The notes under the pieces were generated by a model, which was not told where the DNA came from, searched no databases, and saw only the letters and a list, made by a program, of their open reading frames with translations. Shown here piece by piece: positions 49,382-54,960 of a stretch of DNA of 54,960 bases. The first letter of the stretch is position 1. Each line of letters starts with the position of its first letter. The position numbers and the translations under genes were made by a program. This stretch comes from Armatimonadota bacterium (GTDB taxonomy: Bacteria; Sysuimicrobiota; Sysuimicrobiia; Sysuimicrobiales; Kaftiobacteriaceae): positions 1 to 54,960 of the forward strand of contig JBBIUY010000018.1 in the NCBI GenBank assembly GCA_037440005.1. The letters run 5' to 3'.

Positions 49382-52300
49382 GTGAGCTCGGCCCTGACTC
49401 CCTCCGGCACGTCCCTGCGCGGCGGTCCCTCCCCGCGGTGGACGCTCCTGCCACCCGCCCCCCAGAGGGAGGAGGTGGCGCGGGCGCTGGGCGTCCACCC
49501 GGTGGTCGCCCAGGTCCTGTGCGCCCGCGGGCACGGGACCCCGCTGCGCGCCCGCCAGTTCCTGGACAGCCCTCTGGACCACCTGGAAGACCCTCACCGG
49601 ATCATCGACGTCCCCCGGGCCGCCGACCGGCTGGCGGAGGCGGTGCGGCGGGGAGAGCCGGTCACGGTCTACGGCGACTACGACGCCGACGGGATCTGCG
49701 CCACCGCCATCCTGCTGCGCGGCCTGCGGGAGATGGGGGCGGAGGTCCGCTTTGTCATCCCGTCCCGGCTGCGCGACGGCTATGGGGTGAGCGATGCGGC
49801 CCTGGCCGCCCTGGCAGACGGCGGCAGCCGCCTGGTCGTGACCGTGGACTGCGGCGTCACCGCGGTGGAGGAGGTGGCCCGGGCGGCGTCCCGGGGCCAG
49901 GAGGTGATCGTGGTCGACCACCACCAGCCCGGCGACCGCCTGCCCGCGGCCGCAGCGGTGGTGGACCCCTTCCGCCCGGACGCGTCCGAGTCGTTCCGGG
50001 AGTACGCCGCCGCGGGGCTGGCGTTCCAGCTGCTGCGCGCCGTCCGCGCCCGCCTGGGACTGCCGGACCTGCCCGAGGACCTGCTGGACCTGGCGGCCGT
50101 CGGCACCATCGCCGACGTGGTCCCGCTGGTGGGGCCCAACCGCATCCTGGCCCGGTGGGGCCTGCAGAAGCTGGCCGCCCGCCCGTGCGCCGGGCTGGCG
50201 GCCCTGGCGTCCGCCGCCGGGCTGGCGGGGACGGTCTCCGCCCGGCAGGTGGGATTCGTCCTGGCCCCGCGGATCAACGCCGCCGGGCGGCTGGCCGACG
50301 CCTCAGATGCGGTGCGGATGCTGACCACCGACGACCCCGCCGAAGCCGGAGCGCTGGCCGCCCGGCTGGACGCGGTCAACCAGCAGCGCCAGGCCCTGTG
50401 CGAGCAGGTCCTCGACCAGGCGCTTGCGCAGGTCGCCTCCCGCGGGCTGGGGGACGCCCCGGCCCTGGTGGTGGCCGGCGAGGGGTGGCATCCCGGCGTG
50501 GTGGGCATCGTCGCCGCCCAGCTGGTCGAGCGGTACTACAGGCCGGCGGTGGTGCTGACCGTTCGGGAGGGCCGGGCGCGGGGGTCGGCCCGCAGCATCC
50601 CGGCGCTGCACCTGGTGCGGGCCCTGGCGGACTGCGCCGGGGTGCTCGAGCGGTTCGGCGGCCACGCCCAGGCCGCCGGCGTCGAGGTCCGCGCGGACCG
50701 GATCGAGGAGTTCGCGCGCCGGTTCACCGACGCAGTCAGGGCCCGCGTGCGGCCGGAGGACCTGGTTCCCACCCTGGTGGTGGACGCGGAGGTCCGCCTG
50801 TCCGACCTCACCGTGGAGCTGGCGGAGCAGCTGCAGCGGCTGGAACCGTTCGGCCCGGGCAACCCGGAACCCGTCCTGGCCTGCCGGGGGCTGGTGGCCC
50901 TGGCGACCCGCTCGGTGGGCGACGGGCACCACCTGCGGCTGGGCGTCACCGACGGCCTGGCCTACGCCGAAGCCGTGGGCTTCCGGATGGGCGACGTCTC
51001 CGAGGTACTGGCGTTCACCCGCGCGACGGTCGACCTGGCGGGCGTCCTGGCTGTGGACCGCTGGACGTCTCCCCCGCGGCCGCAGCTGGTGGTCGCGGAC
51101 CTGGTGGCCCGGGGGCTGGACCTGCGGGAAGTTCTCAGCGACGGCCGGCTGCTGTTGGAGAGGCTGTTCAGCCGCGCCGCCGACTACCTGGCCGACGACG
51201 GCGCGGGCCTGGAGCAGGCGGGGGCGTTCTACACGAAGGTGGCGGGGGTCACGTTCGAGGGGCGCCAGCAGGTGGTGTCCGGGCTGCGGCCCGGAGACAC
51301 CCTCCAGCTGCGCCGGGAGCCCCACAACCCCCACGACCCCCACGCGGTCAAGGTGCTGACCGCAACCGGCGTCCCGGTCGGGTACCTCAGCGCCCGGGTG
51401 GCCAGCCGGATCGCGCCGTCCCTGGACGCCGGCGCCCGCTACCGCGTCACCGTGGCGCAGGTCACCGGAGGCGGGGAACGCGCGTACGGCCTCAACGTGT
51501 ACCTGCAGCGTCTGGAAGACCCCGGCGAGGTCGAGCCGCCGCTCCGGGCTGCCGCCTCGGGCCGGCCTCCCCAGGAGCTGGTGGACCGCCTCCGGCCCCA
51601 CCTGCTGGGAGAGGCCCCCCTGCGCGAGCCCCACCGGAAGATCCTGGACGCGCTGCTGGCCGGGCGCCCCGTGGCGGGGGTCCTCGGGCCGGGAGGCGAC
51701 CGCCGGGCGGTGATGGAGGTGGCGGCCGTCTGCTGGGCGGCATCCGGCCGGGGGCCGGTGGTCCTGGCCGTGCCCCTGGCCTCCCAGGTGGACCGATGGT
51801 ACGAGCGGCTGGCCCCCCGCCTGCAGAGGCTGGGGATCACCTGCCTCCGGGCCCACGGGGCTTTGGGCTGGCGGGCGCGCCAGCGCCTGGTGGAGGCGGC
51901 GCGGGAGGGGCGGGCCCAGGTGGTTCTCAGCAGCCTGGAGTACCTCCGGGTCCTCCTGGCCGGGCAGGGGGAGGTGGACCTGCGCCCCGCTGTGCTCGCG
52001 GTGGATTGCGAACCTGCACTGGACGGTACTACGCTGGACCTGGAGGCCGTCGCCTCCGTGGTGGCCGTCTTGGGCGCCAGAGCGGACAGGGTGTGCGCCT
52101 GGCTGCCTGCCGCGGAGGTCGTGCTGGACGACGGGATTCGTGCGCAGGTGGGGCTGGTGGACCGCCGAGGTCTGGCGGCCGCGGAGCGGGAGGAGCTGGT
52201 CGCCCGGATCGCCGGGCGGGAGGAGAAGACCCTGGTCTACGTGTCGACCCGGCTGCAGGCGGTGGACCTGGCGCGGCGCCTGCGGGACGCCGGGGGCGGG

Positions 52301-52993
52301 CAGGTGGCATACTACCACCGAGGCCTGCCGCTGCGGGTGAGGGAGGTGCTGGAGCAGCTGTTCACCGACGGCAAGGTCCGGACTCTCGTGGCCGCCGACC
52401 TTCCGGGCGCCGCACCGCCCGACGTCCGCCAGGTAATTGTCGCCGGGCTGCCGGCGCACCGCGCCGACCTGGTGGACCTGATCGCCGCCGCGGGGCGCGA
52501 CGGACGGCAGGCGGTCGTGACGCTGGCGTACCGCGCCGACGACCTGGCCGACGTCCGGGCGGGTGTCACCGCCCGGCACCCGCCGCGGGAGGTCCTGGCG
52601 GTCCTGTACCGGACGCTGCGGGCGCACGGGGAGCGGGGCGGGGCGCTGCGCTGGCCCGACGAGGACCTGGCCGCCGCGCTGCAGCAGTGCGGCATCGCGC
52701 CCCGGACGGCCGCCGTCGGCCTGGAGGTCCTGGCCGAGGCCGGCGTGCTGAGCCGCGAGTACGACGGGGAGAGCTGGCGGATGACCCTCGCTGTGGGGGA
52801 GCGACGGGACCTGGCGACCTCCCTGCGCTACGCCGAAGGCCGCCGGGAGGAGGCGGCCCTGGCCGACCTGGGCCGGTGGGCGCTCGGCCCGCTGGTGGAG
52901 ATCCTCCGGGAGGCGGCCGGCCCCGGAGCAGCCCAGGGCGCCAGGGCGGGGGAGGGACCGGCCGACGGCGCGGACCGGAGGGCTCTGAGGTGA
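49382..52993 (+). CDS. recJ: RecJ exonuclease fused to HIRAN and a degenerate helicase-like region
   Basis: GDYDADG, TVDCG, DHH, GTIAD, GSARS, GGH, EPFG.GNPEP motifs, plus about 600 extra C-terminal aa. Confidence 0.93.
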   Translation: MSSALTPSGTSLRGGPSPRWTLLPPAPQREEVARALGVHPVVAQVLCARGHGTPLRARQFLDSPLDHLEDPHRIIDVPRAADRLAEAVRRGEPVTVYGDYDADGICATAILLRGLREMGAEVRFVIPSRLRDGYGVSDAALAALADGGSRLVVTVDCGVTAVEEVARAASRGQEVIVVDHHQPGDRLPAAAAVVDPFRPDASESFREYAAAGLAFQLLRAVRARLGLPDLPEDLLDLAAVGTIADVVPLVGPNRILARWGLQKLAARPCAGLAALASAAGLAGTVSARQVGFVLAPRINAAGRLADASDAVRMLTTDDPAEAGALAARLDAVNQQRQALCEQVLDQALAQVASRGLGDAPALVVAGEGWHPGVVGIVAAQLVERYYRPAVVLTVREGRARGSARSIPALHLVRALADCAGVLERFGGHAQAAGVEVRADRIEEFARRFTDAVRARVRPEDLVPTLVVDAEVRLSDLTVELAEQLQRLEPFGPGNPEPVLACRGLVALATRSVGDGHHLRLGVTDGLAYAEAVGFRMGDVSEVLAFTRATVDLAGVLAVDRWTSPPRPQLVVADLVARGLDLREVLSDGRLLLERLFSRAADYLADDGAGLEQAGAFYTKVAGVTFEGRQQVVSGLRPGDTLQLRREPHNPHDPHAVKVLTATGVPVGYLSARVASRIAPSLDAGARYRVTVAQVTGGGERAYGLNVYLQRLEDPGEVEPPLRAAASGRPPQELVDRLRPHLLGEAPLREPHRKILDALLAGRPVAGVLGPGGDRRAVMEVAAVCWAASGRGPVVLAVPLASQVDRWYERLAPRLQRLGITCLRAHGALGWRARQRLVEAAREGRAQVVLSSLEYLRVLLAGQGEVDLRPAVLAVDCEPALDGTTLDLEAVASVVAVLGARADRVCAWLPAAEVVLDDGIRAQVGLVDRRGLAAAEREELVARIAGREEKTLVYVSTRLQAVDLARRLRDAGGGQVAYYHRGLPLRVREVLEQLFTDGKVRTLVAADLPGAAPPDVRQVIVAGLPAHRADLVDLIAAAGRDGRQAVVTLAYRADDLADVRAGVTARHPPREVLAVLYRTLRAHGERGGALRWPDEDLAAALQQCGIAPRTAAVGLEVLAEAGVLSREYDGESWRMTLAVGERRDLATSLRYAEGRREEAALADLGRWALGPLVEILREAAGPGAAQGARAGEGPADGADRRALR

Positions 52994-54960
52994 AGTGGCT
53001 GCAGGCGCGACAGTCGGGAGCGTTTCAGGACCTGCCGGCGGACGTCCAGCAGCTGCTGGCCCGGCTGCGCGAGCAGTTCCCCCGGGCCGACCTGGACCTG
53101 GTGCGGGCCGCCTACCTGTTCGCCGAGCAGGCCCACCGGGCCCAGACCCGGGCGTCGGGGGACCCGTACATCACCCACGCGGTGGCGGTGGCGTCCCTCC
53201 TGGTGGACCTGCGGCTGGACCCCGTGACGGTGGCGGCGGGGCTGCTCCACGACGTGGCCGAGGACACCGGCGTGACCCTGCGCCAGGTGGAGGAGCAGTT
53301 CGGGGCCGAGATCGCCGGTCTGGTGGACGGGGTCACCAAGCTGGGCCGCATCGAGTGGATGAGCCGGGAGCAGCGGCAGGCCGAGAGCCTGCGCAAGATG
53401 TTCCTGGCCATGGCCAACGACATCCGCATCGTGCTCATCAAGCTGGCCGACCGCCTGCACAACATGCGCACCCTCCAGTACCTGCCCGAGGGGAAACAGC
53501 GCCGCACCGCCCGGGAGACCCTGGACATCTACGCCCCCCTGGCCGAGCGGTTGGGCATCGGCCGCATCCAGCGGGAGCTGGAGGACCTGGCGTTTGCGGT
53601 GCTGCAGCCCGACGCCTACCAGGAGATCCGCCGCCAGCTGGCCGAGGCCGAAAGCACCCGCGCCCAGTTCCTGGAGCAGGTGGCCGACACCCTGTACCGG
53701 GAGCTGAACCGGGCCGGGGTGCGGGTGGCCCGGGACCGGATCACCGCCCGCCCCAAGCACGTGTACAGCATCTGGAAGAAGATGCAGCGGCCCAAGTACG
53801 CCGGCCAGCCGGTGGCCCGCATCTACGACCGGCTGGGCGTGCGGGTGATCCTGGAGGACGTGAAGGACTGCTACGCGGCCCTGGGGGTGGTGCACTCGCT
53901 GTGGAAGCCCATCCCCGGCGAGTTCGACGACTACATCGCCAACCCCAAGACCAGCGGTTACCAGTCCCTGCACACCACCGTCCTCTACCAGGGCGAGCCC
54001 CTGGAGATCCAGATCCGCACCGTGCAGATGCACCGGGAGGCCGAGCACGGGATCGCTGCCCACTGGAAGTACAAGGAGGGGCGGCCGGCCGAGAAGGAGG
54101 TCGAGCAGAAGCTGGCGTGGCTGCGCCAGCTGCTGGACTGGCACGCGGAGCTGCAGGACGCCCGGGCGTTCGTGCGGTCGGTGAAGCTGGACCTGTTCCA
54201 GAACGAGGTCTTCGTCTTCACCCCCAAGGGCGACGTCATCGACCTGCCCGCCGGGGCCACCCCCGTGGACTTCGCTTACCGCATCCACACCGACGTGGGC
54301 CACCGGTGCGTGGGAGCCCGGGTGAACGGCCGGCTGGTCCCCCTGTCCCACCGGCTGCGGACCGGCGACATCGTGGAGATCCTCACCAGCAAGACCGAGG
54401 GCCGCCCCAGCCGCGACTGGCTGACCTTCGTGGTGACCACCAACGCCCGCGCCAAGATCCGCCAGTGGTTCAAGAAGGAGGCCCGGGAGGAAAACATCCA
54501 GCGCGGGAGGGAGATGCTGGAGAAGGAACTGCGCCGGCTGGGGCTGCTGGCCCACCTGCGCCCCGAGCGGCTGCGGGAGGTGGCCCCCCGGCTGGGCCTG
54601 ACCACCGACGAGGACCTGCTGGCGGCCCTGGGCAACGGCGACGTCTCGCTGCTGGCGGTGGTGCAGGCCCTGCGCCCGCCGGAGGCCCCCCGGCCGGCGG
54701 AGGCGGCGGGGGAACCGGTCGCCCTGCCGGCGCGGCCGGCGGCGCCGGGGGGCGTGCGGGTCCGCGGCGCCGACAACATCCTGACCCGGCTGTCCCGCTG
54801 CTGCACGCCGCTGCCCGGCGACCGGATCATCGGCTACGTCACCCGGGGGCGCGGCGTGGCCATCCACCGCCAGGACTGCCCCAACGTCAAGGCCCTGGGA
54901 GCCCACCCGGAGCGCTTCGTGGAGGTGGAGTGGGAGTCCATCCCCGAGGGCAGCTATCCG
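52990..54960 (+). CDS. rel: Bifunctional (p)ppGpp synthetase/hydrolase (partial)
   Basis: GTG overlapping the recJ stop; H.AQTRASGDPYITH, LLHDVAEDT, KLADRLHNMR, YQSLHT, EIQIRT, TGS FTPKG. Confidence 0.96.
   Translation, partial: MKWLQARQSGAFQDLPADVQQLLARLREQFPRADLDLVRAAYLFAEQAHRAQTRASGDPYITHAVAVASLLVDLRLDPVTVAAGLLHDVAEDTGVTLRQVEEQFGAEIAGLVDGVTKLGRIEWMSREQRQAESLRKMFLAMANDIRIVLIKLADRLHNMRTLQYLPEGKQRRTARETLDIYAPLAERLGIGRIQRELEDLAFAVLQPDAYQEIRRQLAEAESTRAQFLEQVADTLYRELNRAGVRVARDRITARPKHVYSIWKKMQRPKYAGQPVARIYDRLGVRVILEDVKDCYAALGVVHSLWKPIPGEFDDYIANPKTSGYQSLHTTVLYQGEPLEIQIRTVQMHREAEHGIAAHWKYKEGRPAEKEVEQKLAWLRQLLDWHAELQDARAFVRSVKLDLFQNEVFVFTPKGDVIDLPAGATPVDFAYRIHTDVGHRCVGARVNGRLVPLSHRLRTGDIVEILTSKTEGRPSRDWLTFVVTTNARAKIRQWFKKEAREENIQRGREMLEKELRRLGLLAHLRPERLREVAPRLGLTTDEDLLAALGNGDVSLLAVVQALRPPEAPRPAEAAGEPVALPARPAAPGGVRVRGADNILTRLSRCCTPLPGDRIIGYVTRGRGVAIHRQDCPNVKALGAHPERFVEVEWESIPEGSYP

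Noticed and set aside
52980..53000. apt missing between recJ and rel
   Set aside because: Common synteny variation; the genes overlap cleanly with no remnant.

Overview
GC-rich bacterial chromosomal segment that is mostly core genome. I saw no integrase, transposase, prophage or CRISPR array. Gene content and regulatory signals (T-box, CIRCE, Gram-positive-type SOS box, DUF881, secD-secF-recJ-rel order) suggest a Terrabacteria lineage, possibly Armatimonadota/CSP1-3-like (inference). Gene order: solo groEL (partial) with CIRCE; DUF881; serine protease; structured RNA candidate; csoR-copA-copZ; tRNA-Arg(TCG); M28 peptidase/xpt; pilT; tRNA-Lys/Leu; tig-clpP-clpX-lon; pilB1; T-box valS; HEAT and degenerate HD-GYP pair; pilB2; NarL-type two-component system; pilC-pilA-minor pilins-pilMNO; PilZ protein; SPOR; EthD; two crotonases; anti-sigma-like protein; repair cassette; DUF72; secD-secF-lapA-recJ-rel (partial). 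Four things stand out. (1) An archaeal-type PolB2 'mutasome' cassette (inactive RadA-like protein, small arCOG07300/PPB2-like partner, proofreading-dead B-family polymerase) sits behind a perfect LexA box and converges on DUF72. (2) One 14-bp NarL/DosR-like box lies at an identical position next to the -35 of three promoters (pilB2, pilC, a stand-alone receiver), while pilB1 and pilA have sigma54 promoters. (3) c-di-GMP-linked proteins with unnamed domains are embedded in the pilus locus. (4) RecJ is fused to HIRAN and a degenerate helicase. All calls come from reading motifs by eye; no searches were run.
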